Source: a virus. Taken from it: a stretch of 64,000 bases of DNA. The stretch spans positions 1-64,000 of IMG/VR virus record IMGVR_UViG_3300045988_170760. One strand, given 5' to 3'. A model generated the notes under the pieces. That model was not told where the DNA came from and did no database searches. It saw nothing but the letters and a program-made list of their open reading frames with translations. Below are positions 32,319 through 41,049 of this stretch, piece after piece (position 1 is the first letter of the stretch; each line of letters begins with the position of its first letter). The position numbers and the translations under genes are program-made.

Positions 32319-32713
32319 TGTATATCTCAGAAGAAAGGATAAAAGAAGTTATAAGCCATATTAAAGCTGGTTTTAATAACATACCACAGAGAGAAAGAAA
32401 TTTAAGTGCTGAGGGCATAAATTATCTTTTAGATAAAATAGAAGAAAAAATGTTAGGAGATGAAAGTAAGATGGATATAAAAACAAAATATAATATAGGA
32501 GATAAAGTTTGGATTGTATATGAGAATAATGGAGAAGTTTGTATTTTTTCAGATATCATAGATAGTTACTTAATATCTGAAGATGAAACAATAATATATG
32601 TAAAGGATAGTGACTGTGTAGATTTAAAGGAAGATGACATAATATTATATGATGACACAGAGGCATTAATAAAAAAAATAATGGAAATAGATAAACAATA
32701 TGAAGGGAAATAA
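32318..32713 (+). CDS. hypothetical protein
   Basis: ORF track; ATG overlaps the upstream stop. Confidence 0.45.
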   Translation: MYISEERIKEVISHIKAGFNNIPQRERNLSAEGINYLLDKIEEKMLGDESKMDIKTKYNIGDKVWIVYENNGEVCIFSDIIDSYLISEDETIIYVKDSDCVDLKEDDIILYDDTEALIKKIMEIDKQYEGK

Positions 32714-32717
32714 AGAT

Positions 32718-32975
32718 ATGTTAAGTGATTTAAACGAGTTTAGAAAATTAGTAGGATGGACACATTTTCTTATTGTGTTGTTGTTAGCTTTTATAGAATT
32801 GATTTTTAATATACCTTATTTATTATTAAAGTTAATCTTTTATCCTATTTGGTGGTTTTATGATAATTTTATGGAAGATAATTTTTATTGTATAAACTTT
32901 ATTAACTTCTCATTTTTTAATAAATATGTTAAGTATTTAGAGACACAGATAAAAGAGGAGCAAAGAGATGTGTGA
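32718..32975 (+). CDS. small membrane protein
   Basis: ORF track 32700-32975; probable start is MLSDLNEF. Confidence 0.4.
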   Translation: MLSDLNEFRKLVGWTHFLIVLLLAFIELIFNIPYLLLKLIFYPIWWFYDNFMEDNFYCINFINFSFFNKYVKYLETQIKEEQRDV

Positions 32976-33192
32976 TTGTACTGTTTTAAGCAAAAATATT
33001 AAATTAATAGGAAATACTATTTTTATAGGAGATAAAGAGATAACAAATCTGCCTAAAGAATTAGAAAATCTATTAAGAAATGGTAAGCCTAAAATTACCG
33101 TAAATAGTGTTAATATTATAATAGATGAATGGGAATATAAAGATGGTAAGTTTAAAAAGACTTTAAGAGGTTATATCCATAAATATTTATAA
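32968..33192 (+). CDS. hypothetical protein
   Basis: ORF track. Confidence 0.4.
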   Translation: MCDCTVLSKNIKLIGNTIFIGDKEITNLPKELENLLRNGKPKITVNSVNIIIDEWEYKDGKFKKTLRGYIHKYL

Positions 33193-33618
33193 ATGGAGGG
33201 TTATATGAATAAAAGAAAAATAAAAATAGTTGAAAATGGTTATTGGATATCAGATAATTGGTTTTATTTAGATACTTATAAATCAATTATATCTAAAGAA
33301 ATAACGTATCAAGAGTTTGAAAATGATTTTTGGGGATATAGTTATAATTTAGATTGGGATGAAGAATATTTAGGTAATAATCCTTTTACTCAAACATGTT
33401 GCAAAAGATATTTTTTAGATAATGAAAAAATGTTTGTAGAGGTTTGTGTGTTTACAGGTATAGAAACTGAGTTTTATATTCATAAAGTCATTACTAATAA
33501 TTATTCAAATTCTAATGATTTAGTAAAAGATTTAATGGAGTTAAATGAAATATATGATTATTTAATAAGTTCATTTGAAAATTATAGGAGGGATATAATA
33601 GATGATAAGTCTTTATAA
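33193..33618 (+). CDS. hypothetical protein
   Basis: ORF track; an alternative start is at 33205. Confidence 0.45.
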   Translation: MEGYMNKRKIKIVENGYWISDNWFYLDTYKSIISKEITYQEFENDFWGYSYNLDWDEEYLGNNPFTQTCCKRYFLDNEKMFVEVCVFTGIETEFYIHKVITNNYSNSNDLVKDLMELNEIYDYLISSFENYRRDIIDDKSL

Positions 33619-33892
33619 TGAATACAATGAAACAGGAGATTATCAAGCATTTATTTCTGCTAAGGAATGTGGAAATAACAAAGATAACTTTTTAAAAGTA
33701 TTAAAAGAGGAATTAATGGATGATAACATAGAATTAGCAGGAGAAGTAGAAGAAGGATATTATAGGATAAAAAGGTCAGATGAATGGGAGAGAGGTGAAC
33801 TTGGAGAATATTGTTGGACACCTACCCAGAAAGGAAGAGGAGCAACTTTATTTTATATGGCAGATTGGAAATTTAAAAAGGAGGTTATATAA
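33602..33892 (+). CDS. hypothetical protein
   Basis: ORF track. Confidence 0.4.
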   Translation: MISLYNEYNETGDYQAFISAKECGNNKDNFLKVLKEELMDDNIELAGEVEEGYYRIKRSDEWERGELGEYCWTPTQKGRGATLFYMADWKFKKEVI

Positions 33893-34203
33893 TGTTGTCT
33901 AATGGAGAGAAAGTAGAAAATATATCTAAATGGATAGTATTTCATACAAATGACCCAGTTGGAGCAATTAAGATAGGAGAAATGTTAGATGATTTATTAG
34001 ATGAAATATATAATTCTATCCATAAAGATATATTAATAGAAAAAATAAATAAATATAAAGAATGTATAAAAGGATGTAAGCCAGATGATTTAATGCTTAT
34101 AGACTACTATGAAGATAGAATAATTTTTTTACAAGAGCTTATAGATGAGATTAATGAAACTTTTATAGAACATAGAGGAGGGAAAGATGATGAAAATAGT
34201 TAA
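33892..34203 (+). CDS. hypothetical protein
   Basis: ORF track. Confidence 0.4.
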   Translation: MLSNGEKVENISKWIVFHTNDPVGAIKIGEMLDDLLDEIYNSIHKDILIEKINKYKECIKGCKPDDLMLIDYYEDRIIFLQELIDEINETFIEHRGGKDDENS

Positions 34204-34405
34204 GGTTCATGAGATTAATGCGGTAGACATCATAAATATTTCTAATAATCTTGAATTAGATAAAAATGAAAGTAAGATACAACGAATAAAGAAAAAGATT
34301 GATAATATTTTAAATCAAATTACTGTTGAAGAAATAGAACGTAGAATAAAAGAAGACGAAGAAAATCCATGTACAAATGAAATTATATTTAATAAGGAGG
34401 ATTAA
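34187..34405 (+). CDS. hypothetical protein
   Basis: ORF track. Confidence 0.4.
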   Translation: MMKIVKVHEINAVDIINISNNLELDKNESKIQRIKKKIDNILNQITVEEIERRIKEDEENPCTNEIIFNKED

Positions 34406-34408
34406 TAT

Positions 34409-34594
34409 ATGGAAGAAGATGATTTTACAGATTGGTTAATTGATAGAGAGGATAGTATAGAATATCCTTATGGTCAAACTAAAAATGAAATTATTTGTGA
34501 TATAAAGGATTGGATAAACGGAGAAGAATTTAATATAGACGATATAAAAGAAAGTTTGAAGATTTTGATAGATGATATAGAAAAAGACATATAA
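34409..34594 (+). CDS. hypothetical protein (acidic)
   Basis: ORF track. Confidence 0.4.
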   Translation: MEEDDFTDWLIDREDSIEYPYGQTKNEIICDIKDWINGEEFNIDDIKESLKILIDDIEKDI

Positions 34595-34609
34595 AGATTG
34601 GAGGTAATA

Positions 34610-34849
34610 ATGAATATATTAAAGTTAGGTAAAAATCCAGGAACTCAAAAATATATAAAACGTTGTAGAAATTGTAAAAGTTTATTAGTATATGACGATA
34701 GTGATTTATTTCCTGATATGGAAATGGATTTATGTATAAAATGTCCAGTATGTGAAAAGATTTTACTTATTGGATTATTTCCAAGAAAATATAAACCAGA
34801 AAAACATGGAAAAATAAAAAATGAAATAGGTTTTAAAAAGGAGTTATGA
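34610..34849 (+). CDS. zinc-ribbon protein (CxxC...CxxC)
   Basis: ORF track 34598-34849. The ATG at 34610 follows GGAGGT. Motifs CRNCKS and CPVCEK. Confidence 0.45.
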   Translation: MNILKLGKNPGTQKYIKRCRNCKSLLVYDDSDLFPDMEMDLCIKCPVCEKILLIGLFPRKYKPEKHGKIKNEIGFKKEL

Positions 34850-35016
34850 TGGATAAAGAATTAATTATTAATATGTTGGAAGATACAGATATAAAATATG
34901 TGATTGGAATTGATATCAATTTAGAGCTTTATGATAAGGATAGGGTTCGTATTGATTATATGAATTGTAACAAAGAGATTAAGCATATGGAAGGTTATTT
35001 TGACAATAGTATATAG
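34849..35016 (+). CDS. small hypothetical protein (55 aa)
   Basis: My translation starts MDKELIINMLEDTDIKYVIGIDINLELYDKD and ends YFDNSI. TGATG coupling to the upstream gene. Confidence 0.4.
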   Translation: MDKELIINMLEDTDIKYVIGIDINLELYDKDRVRIDYMNCNKEIKHMEGYFDNSI

Positions 35017-35028
35017 AAAGGAGCAGGC

Positions 35029-35217
35029 ATGATTAGTTATATTAATGAATTATATAAAAAAGAAGTAGAAGACAATAAAGAATTAAGAGATTGGGTAGAT
35101 AAATTAGCTGATTTTATTTTATCAAACCATTATCAAATAACCCATGTAGATGAACAACAATGGAATAAAAAGAAAAGAGAAATTGTTGAAGAAATCTGCA
35201 TTAAGAAAGAGGTATAA
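35029..35217 (+). CDS. hypothetical protein
   Basis: ORF track; AAGGAG SD upstream. Confidence 0.4.
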   Translation: MISYINELYKKEVEDNKELRDWVDKLADFILSNHYQITHVDEQQWNKKKREIVEEICIKKEV

Positions 35218-35311
35218 TTATGGAAGATTTTATATGTGATTATCAATGTGACAAGTGTATAGGGAAGTGTTTTAATACGGGTTTAATTATAAAATAGGGA
35301 GGTAAAAAATT

Positions 35312-35620
35312 GTGAATATAGAAAAAGCCTTAGAGGAAATGAGAAGTTGGATAGAATATAAGAAAAATAATAAAGACAAAATATTAAGGGCTGATGATTT
35401 GATTGATATACAAGAAACTATAATAAAAGAAGTAGATAGACAAAACAAAATAATAAGGCAGGCTTATGCAAAAGCAAATAATTATCTATATTTTGATGAT
35501 AGTTCTGATTATGGTGCAGGTTTATGGGAAGTTATTAGAACATTAAGACCAGATTTGGCTGAGAAATGGGATAATAGTGACGAATATATAGCCTTAGAAT
35601 ATATAGAAGAGGAGGATTAA
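35312..35620 (+). CDS. hypothetical protein
   Basis: ORF track; GTG start after GGGAGG. Confidence 0.4.
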   Translation: MNIEKALEEMRSWIEYKKNNKDKILRADDLIDIQETIIKEVDRQNKIIRQAYAKANNYLYFDDSSDYGAGLWEVIRTLRPDLAEKWDNSDEYIALEYIEEED

Positions 35621-35624
35621 AATC

Positions 35625-36068
35625 ATGACAGAAAGACAACAATCTGCATTAGACAGATTAAAAAGAGGAATAAATGATATATGGTTTGCCACATTATATA
35701 GTCAGGAAGAAATGGACGAAGATATTAGCATTGTATTAGATTTAGTATCTGAAATGCAAACAGAAATAAGCAAAAAAAACTATGAGATAAAAAGAATAAA
35801 GAAAGACAATTATGAATTGGATAGAGATGCTCAAAAGTATTTTGATGCTTATATGGATGGTGTTAGTGAGATTTATGGAAAAAATATGGAAATTGATATA
35901 TTAGTAGAAAAGCTATATTGTTATTTAAAATTTATGAAATATCATAATTTAACACTGGACAAAGAATGTAAAATATATAATGATAAAGATAAAGAAAGCA
36001 TGAAATATTTAAAGAAAAAAGTTGAGAAGAAAGTGGAGATGGATAGAAATGATGGATTATATGAATAG
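35625..36068 (+). CDS. hypothetical protein
   Basis: ORF track. Confidence 0.45.
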   Translation: MTERQQSALDRLKRGINDIWFATLYSQEEMDEDISIVLDLVSEMQTEISKKNYEIKRIKKDNYELDRDAQKYFDAYMDGVSEIYGKNMEIDILVEKLYCYLKFMKYHNLTLDKECKIYNDKDKESMKYLKKKVEKKVEMDRNDGLYE

Positions 36069-36333
36069 AAATGGTGAAGAATATGTAGTATTAAACATAG
36101 AAACATATGACAGGTTAAAAGAAAAAAGTGAAATTTTAAATAAGATTGAAGAAAATATAGAAAGTACGAGTTATGATGAAGATGGAACTGTATTGTCAGG
36201 ATTATGGTTTGCTGCTACTGCTAAAGTAGAAAAAAAGTTAGAAGTAGATTTAGAAGAAATTTTAAATATATTAGGATATGATATAGCAGGGTTTGATAGT
36301 ATTATTGTTAAAAATCCATCTAATAAATCATAA
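36049..36333 (+). CDS. hypothetical protein
   Basis: ORF track 36022-36333; probable start is the ATG at 36049 after GTGGAG. Confidence 0.4.
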   Translation: MMDYMNRNGEEYVVLNIETYDRLKEKSEILNKIEENIESTSYDEDGTVLSGLWFAATAKVEKKLEVDLEEILNILGYDIAGFDSIIVKNPSNKS

Positions 36334-36353
36334 TACATTTGTAAGGAGGAGCT

Positions 36354-36530
36354 ATGGAGGTATTAATATTTTTATTAGAAATATTTGATAAAATAACATG
36401 TTTGGCAGCATTATGTTTTGGGATATTTATTATTCCCTATTCTTTGTATAATGCAATTATGTATATTATTGTAAAAATAAAATATTGGAGGAATTCATAT
36501 GAGAATAGAAGAGGTAATCTTAAAAATTAG
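36354..36530 (+). CDS. small membrane protein (58 aa)
   Basis: My translation starts MEVLIFLLEIFDKITCLAALCFGIFIIPYSLYNAIMYIIVK. AAGGAGGAG SD upstream. Overlaps the next ORF by 32 nt. Confidence 0.3.
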   Translation: MEVLIFLLEIFDKITCLAALCFGIFIIPYSLYNAIMYIIVKIKYWRNSYENRRGNLKN

Positions 36531-36984
36531 AAATGGTGAAATAAAAAAAGGAGATGTTTTATTTTTTGATACAAATAAATCCAGAAAAAATGAAATAGAA
36601 TATGACGGAGAACATTTTATTGCAAAGTGGACTATTAATAAATTAGACTTTTTAGAAATTTATAGTTTAGAAGAAGTAATGGATATGGACTTCAAATTAT
36701 ATGAGACAGTAACTATAGGAAACTTAGAATTGAGAGGCACTGATTTTGCAAGGCATGAGAACAGCCCATTTATGAATACGGCTGATACTTTGGAGATTGT
36801 TATAAAAGAAGAGATGTATTGCAGAACAATTGGATATTGGATGATGACTGAAATGGGATATGATTTTAGGTTTGTTGGTGATAGATTTTTGACAGAGGAT
36901 ATAGATATTTATGATTTATATGATTTAATAGAAGAAGGTCAAAAAATAACACAACAAATGTTTAAGGAGAAAAATAATGGATAG
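36499..36984 (+). CDS. hypothetical protein
   Basis: ORF track; TGGAGGA SD upstream. Confidence 0.45.
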   Translation: MRIEEVILKIRNGEIKKGDVLFFDTNKSRKNEIEYDGEHFIAKWTINKLDFLEIYSLEEVMDMDFKLYETVTIGNLELRGTDFARHENSPFMNTADTLEIVIKEEMYCRTIGYWMMTEMGYDFRFVGDRFLTEDIDIYDLYDLIEEGQKITQQMFKEKNNG

Positions 36985-37120
36985 GTATTGTAAAGAATGT
37001 GTATATTTTCCTTGTATGAGAGAAGAATGTGATATATTTAAAGGACATTGTAATTATGGAAAATCAATTGTTACATTTGTTATAGAAGAACTTGCAAAGG
37101 AGAATGGGTATAATGAATAG
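36977..37120 (+). CDS. small Cys-rich protein (47 aa)
   Basis: My translation is MDRYCKECVYFPCMREECDIFKGHCNYGKSIVTFVIEELAKENGYNE. AAGGAGA SD upstream. Confidence 0.35.
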   Translation: MDRYCKECVYFPCMREECDIFKGHCNYGKSIVTFVIEELAKENGYNE

Positions 37121-37520
37121 ACCATCTTATATGAAAATTGGATATTGTAAAGGATATTGCAAAGAAACTAAGGAATGGATATATGGCTGGCATTGGACAG
37201 ATACACCATATGTTTGTTTTTATAATGGAGAGAAAATCAGGCATTTTATAAGAGTTCAAGTTAATTATGATTGGAATTTGACTGAACAAAGAGATTATGA
37301 AGTTGAGCCTGAAAGTATAGGTTATTATATTGGAAGAAATGATAGTAATAACATTCCAATGTTTTTAGGTGATAAGGTACATTTTACTAAGAATAAAAAA
37401 GACTATGAAGGTAAAATAGGGTACAATGTAGAAACTGCGGCTTATTGTATATTAGGAAATCCTTATGGAATAATAGTAGATTTTAGTAAGTTATCTAATA
37501 TAGAAATAAAAGATATTTAA
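37113..37520 (+). CDS. YopX-like protein
   Basis: ORF track 37092-37520; start taken at MNRPSYM after AAGGAGA. EWIYGW...VEPESIGYYIGRNDSNNIPMFLGDKVHF resembles the YopX family core. Confidence 0.45.
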   Translation: MNRPSYMKIGYCKGYCKETKEWIYGWHWTDTPYVCFYNGEKIRHFIRVQVNYDWNLTEQRDYEVEPESIGYYIGRNDSNNIPMFLGDKVHFTKNKKDYEGKIGYNVETAAYCILGNPYGIIVDFSKLSNIEIKDI

Positions 37521-37642
37521 TAAAATAAATATCTTTTAAGACATAATGCTAGGAAGCATTGAGTTTACTAGCATTAAAAAATGAACTCGAAGATAATATG
37601 GAATTAAATGTAGTTAAGCTTCGAGTTCAATAAAATAAATAT
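37519..37642 (+). repeat. Intergenic element: two stable hairpins bracketed by a 14-bp direct repeat AATAAAATAAATAT
   Basis: Direct repeats at 37519-37532 and 37629-37642. Hairpin 1 is AATGCTAG/CTAGCATT (37545-37575). Hairpin 2 is GAACTCGAAG/CTTCGAGTTC (37583-37628). Confidence 0.6.
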
Positions 37643-37658
37643 ATGGAGGTAATAATAA

Positions 37659-38159
37659 ATGATTATTTTATTTGATATGAACAAAGAAATGTGTGATGCC
37701 TGGAACAAAGAATTTAAAGACTGTAATGATGTAAAGGTATTAAATATAAAACTTGACGAATTACAACCTGTAGATTATTTAGTAACAGCAGGTAATAGTT
37801 ATGGAATAATGAATGGTGGTATAGATTTAGCAGTAAGAAATTTGTTTGGAACAAGATTACAAGATAGGGTACAATGGGGTATTATAAGAAAATATAAAAA
37901 ATTATATTTACCTGTAGGAGATAATATAGTAGTTTATGGAAATAATAAATATAAAAATGTTATTTATGCACCTACTATGGAATTCCCAAAATTTATTTCT
38001 AAAGATTGTATATCTAAAATATTTTTAAATTGTTTATTAACAGCTAAGAATGGAAACATAGCATGTTGTGGTTTGGGAGCATTAACTGGAGGGCTTACTG
38101 TTACTACAGTAGCACAGGAAATGAAATTAGCATATAATAAATTTAAAAAAATAAATTAA
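37659..38159 (+). CDS. Macro-domain protein (ADP-ribose binding/hydrolase fold)
   Basis: YLVTAGNSYGIMNGGIDLAVRNLFG resembles the macro-domain N..G.GG(I/V)D..I signature. 166 aa is the size of a single domain. Confidence 0.5.
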   Translation: MIILFDMNKEMCDAWNKEFKDCNDVKVLNIKLDELQPVDYLVTAGNSYGIMNGGIDLAVRNLFGTRLQDRVQWGIIRKYKKLYLPVGDNIVVYGNNKYKNVIYAPTMEFPKFISKDCISKIFLNCLLTAKNGNIACCGLGALTGGLTVTTVAQEMKLAYNKFKKIN

Positions 38160-38179
38160 AATCGAAAGGATGATATATA

Positions 38180-38374
38180 ATGGATAGTTATGTAACTATA
38201 GAAAAAGAAGAAATATATGATATCTTATGTGGTTGTGGATTGATGACTATTTATACTAAAGAATATGGTTCATTAGAAATGACTGATGAAGATAGTATTA
38301 TGGAGGATTTTATTCCAGCAGTAGTAGACTATATCAATGACAAATTAGATAATACGAGATTATTTTTAGAATAA
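38180..38374 (+). CDS. hypothetical protein (acidic)
   Basis: ORF track. Confidence 0.4.
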   Translation: MDSYVTIEKEEIYDILCGCGLMTIYTKEYGSLEMTDEDSIMEDFIPAVVDYINDKLDNTRLFLE

Positions 38375-38377
38375 GTA

Positions 38378-38406
38378 TTGACATTGAATATAAAATATGG
38401 TATAAT
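38378..38406 (+). promoter_or_regulatory. sigma-A type promoter (TTGACA-N17-TGgTATAAT), rightward internal promoter
   Basis: TTGACA at 38378-38383, 17-nt spacer, TATAAT at 38401-38406. Confidence 0.7.
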
Positions 38407-38431
38407 AAATCAAAGAAGGAGGATAAAATAT

Positions 38432-38647
38432 ATGGATTTTGTAAAATTAATAATATATCTTAATGACGGAGTAGTTCAAGTAAATATAAGTGAAGAAATG
38501 TCAAGAAATCTTTCTACCGCAGTTAAAGATAAATCAGAAGATAAATTACGAGAATATTTTCATAATTTAGAGGATACACTTTCAGGTAAAAAGATTGATA
38601 TAGAACTAGATGATTTAAAAGGATTTGAATTTAAGTTAGGCAAGTAA
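38432..38647 (+). CDS. hypothetical protein
   Basis: ORF track 38378-38647. That upstream part is the promoter. The ATG at 38432 follows AAGGAGGA. Confidence 0.45.
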   Translation: MDFVKLIIYLNDGVVQVNISEEMSRNLSTAVKDKSEDKLREYFHNLEDTLSGKKIDIELDDLKGFEFKLGK

Positions 38648-38691
38648 TACTATAATACTCCTTAATTAGGATATTATAGTGGGGTGATAAT

Positions 38692-38859
38692 GTGTGTGAT
38701 GACAAAATTTCTAATGCTTGCTACAATTGTCCGTTTTTTATACAAAGTTGTTCATTTTGTCAATTAAATGATGAATATATAGATGATTGTATAGATGTAG
38801 TTAAGGAGTTGTATAATAATTATGAAGTTGAAAATTATAGAATTTATGAAAAATCATAA
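38692..38859 (+). CDS. small Cys4 zinc-ribbon-like protein (55 aa, GTG start)
   Basis: My translation is (V)CDDKISNACYNCPFFIQSCSFCQLNDEYIDDCIDVVKELYNNYEVENYRIYEKS. The SD is weak and it overlaps the ligase start by 38 nt. Confidence 0.3.
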   Translation: MCDDKISNACYNCPFFIQSCSFCQLNDEYIDDCIDVVKELYNNYEVENYRIYEKS

Positions 38860-39928
38860 GAACTGGGAAGAATTACTAACTAAAAAACCATATTGTTTAA
38901 AAGTTAATAGGCATAATGGATATATTTTATTGAAATATGACCAAATACATTCTGATTTTTCTTTAGATATTGTTAAAGAAGCTAGGGGAATTATAATAAA
39001 AGAAGAATGTTATAAGGTAGTATGTTTTCCTTTTATTAAATTTTTTAACATAGATGAAACTTATGCAGACAAAATAGACTGGAATACAGCAAAAGTACAG
39101 GAAAAAATAGATGGCTCATTAATTAAATTATGGTGTGACGAAAAAAATGGAATAAAAACATGGAATGTATCTACAAATGGATGTATAGATGCTTTTGCTT
39201 GTGATTTAGGTACTGATATATGTCCCTATAAAACTTTTGGGGAATTATTTATGTCCGTTTTTAATTTTAGAACTTTTCAAAAAATGAACCCAAACTATAC
39301 TTATATGTTTGAATTAGTATCTCCTTATACAAAAATTGTAGTAGATTATCCCAGAACAAAAATATATCATTTAGGAACTAGGGATAATATTAGTGGAAAA
39401 GAGTTAGAAGAAGATATAGGTGTCACAAAGCCAAAACTATATCCATTAAAGACTGAGGAAGAAATTAGAGAAACAGCAAATAAGTTACCTTTCAATGAAG
39501 AAGGTTATGTTGTAGTAGACAAAAATTATCATAGAGTAAAAGTTAAATCTCCAGCTTATGTTAATGCACATAGGTTAATTAATAATAATATAATAAATAC
39601 AGTAAAGGTACTTGATTTAATTATACAAAATGAGCAAGAAGAATTTTTATCTTATTTTCCTGAATATAAAAATGTATTTAAAGACATAGAAAGAAGATAT
39701 TTGAATTTTAGAAAAAGATTAAAGACAATAGAGGAACGCATACTAAAATTGAAAAAGAAAGCTAAAGATAGAAAAGATTTTGCTATTAAGTTAATAAAAA
39801 GAATGCCAGATTATAAAGAAATGGGTTTTATGCTTTATGATGATAAAATAAAAAATTATGAAGAATATTTGAATAATTTAACTACTAAAAAAATTATAGA
39901 AGGGATAGAAAGATATGAAAACATATGA
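38822..39928 (+). CDS. ATP-dependent RNA ligase (T4 Rnl1-like nucleotidyltransferase)
   Basis: Motif I is QEKIDGSL (KxDGS), motif IV is EEGYVVVD and motif V is HRVKVKSPAY. The N-terminal LKYDQIHSDF...EARGIII...KFFN matches the RNA_lig_T4_1 pattern. Confidence 0.75.
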   Translation: MKLKIIEFMKNHKNWEELLTKKPYCLKVNRHNGYILLKYDQIHSDFSLDIVKEARGIIIKEECYKVVCFPFIKFFNIDETYADKIDWNTAKVQEKIDGSLIKLWCDEKNGIKTWNVSTNGCIDAFACDLGTDICPYKTFGELFMSVFNFRTFQKMNPNYTYMFELVSPYTKIVVDYPRTKIYHLGTRDNISGKELEEDIGVTKPKLYPLKTEEEIRETANKLPFNEEGYVVVDKNYHRVKVKSPAYVNAHRLINNNIINTVKVLDLIIQNEQEEFLSYFPEYKNVFKDIERRYLNFRKRLKTIEERILKLKKKAKDRKDFAIKLIKRMPDYKEMGFMLYDDKIKNYEEYLNNLTTKKIIEGIERYENI

Positions 39929-40115
39929 AAAGCTTTATGCTGTAAGAGAAAAGAAAACAAAAAAATTAATTAGTAAAAGACATTCTAATCCATTTTTTAC
40001 TTACAAAAGAAATGCTGAAAGTCAAATAGAAGAAATGGAGAGCCCATATTGGGGATATAAAGAAGGAGAATTAGAAATTGTTACTTTTAGATTAGAGGAG
40101 ATAGAATATGAATAA
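39915..40115 (+). CDS. hypothetical protein (66 aa) between ligase and kinase
   Basis: ORF track; overlaps both neighbours. Confidence 0.4.
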   Translation: MKTYEKLYAVREKKTKKLISKRHSNPFFTYKRNAESQIEEMESPYWGYKEGELEIVTFRLEEIEYE

Positions 40116-41040
40116 GTTTTATATGATAGTAGGTTTACCTGGTTCTGGTAAATCAACTATTAGTAATGAATTGAATGGAGAGGTTTTTTCTTCTGATGCT
40201 TTAAGGAAAGAATTATGGGGTGATGAAAATACTCAAGGCGATAATACTTTATTGTTTAATGAACTTCATAAACGTATAGAAAAAGGATTAAAAGAGGGGA
40301 AAAATTGTATATATGATGCAACTAATATTAATGCTAAAAAAAGAATACAATTTTTAAATAAAATAAAAAATATAAAATGTGAAAAAATTTGTATATTAGT
40401 AGCAACAGATTTTAATGTATGTTTACAAAGAAATAATTTAAGGGAAAGAAAAGTTCCATATGAAGTAATTAAGCGAATGTATTTTAATATTGATATTCCT
40501 CAATATAGAGAAGGATGGGATAAGATTATTATAAAAAGGACACAAGATGAGATGAACGATTATGATATATTTAAATTTGTAGATTATTTAGAAACAATTA
40601 ATCATGATAATCCTCATCATTTACTAACAATAGGAGGACATATTCAGGCAGTTGTAAAATATATAATGGATAATTATCAATTTAAATTTGCAGGAGATAT
40701 AGAAAGATTAGAATGTTTATTAAGAGCAGCTTTATATCATGACATTGGCAAAAAGATTACTAAAACATTTATTAATAGTAAAGGAGAAAAAACAGAAGTA
40801 GCTCATTATTATAATCATGAGAAAGTATCTGCTTATATGTATATAATGTATGAACATACAGAAGAATTAAAAGATGTAGATAAAATTCTTTATATAGCTG
40901 ATTTAATTGGACTTCATATGAAAATGCATTGTTATAATGGTGATAAAGAAAAAGCACATGAAAGAATAAGAAAGTTGGTAGGACAGAGAGAATTTGAAGA
41001 TTTATGTATTTTAAATGAAGCTGATATTATTTGTGGGTAG
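40108..41040 (+). CDS. Polynucleotide 5'-kinase (T4 Pnk-like P-loop) fused to an HD-domain phosphohydrolase
   Basis: Kinase motifs GLPGSGKST, YDATNINAKKR and VPYEVIKRMY parallel the T4 Pnkp kinase. The C-terminal HHLLTIGGH...LYHDIGK...HYYNHE is the HD signature. Confidence 0.7.
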   Translation: MNKFYMIVGLPGSGKSTISNELNGEVFSSDALRKELWGDENTQGDNTLLFNELHKRIEKGLKEGKNCIYDATNINAKKRIQFLNKIKNIKCEKICILVATDFNVCLQRNNLRERKVPYEVIKRMYFNIDIPQYREGWDKIIIKRTQDEMNDYDIFKFVDYLETINHDNPHHLLTIGGHIQAVVKYIMDNYQFKFAGDIERLECLLRAALYHDIGKKITKTFINSKGEKTEVAHYYNHEKVSAYMYIMYEHTEELKDVDKILYIADLIGLHMKMHCYNGDKEKAHERIRKLVGQREFEDLCILNEADIICG

Positions 41041-41049
41041 GAGGATAAA

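Noticed and set aside
35220-35297. 25-aa Cys-rich mini-ORF (MEDFICDYQCDKCIGKCFNTGLIIK)
   Set aside because: It is too short to support without expression data and has no clear SD, so it is left unannotated.
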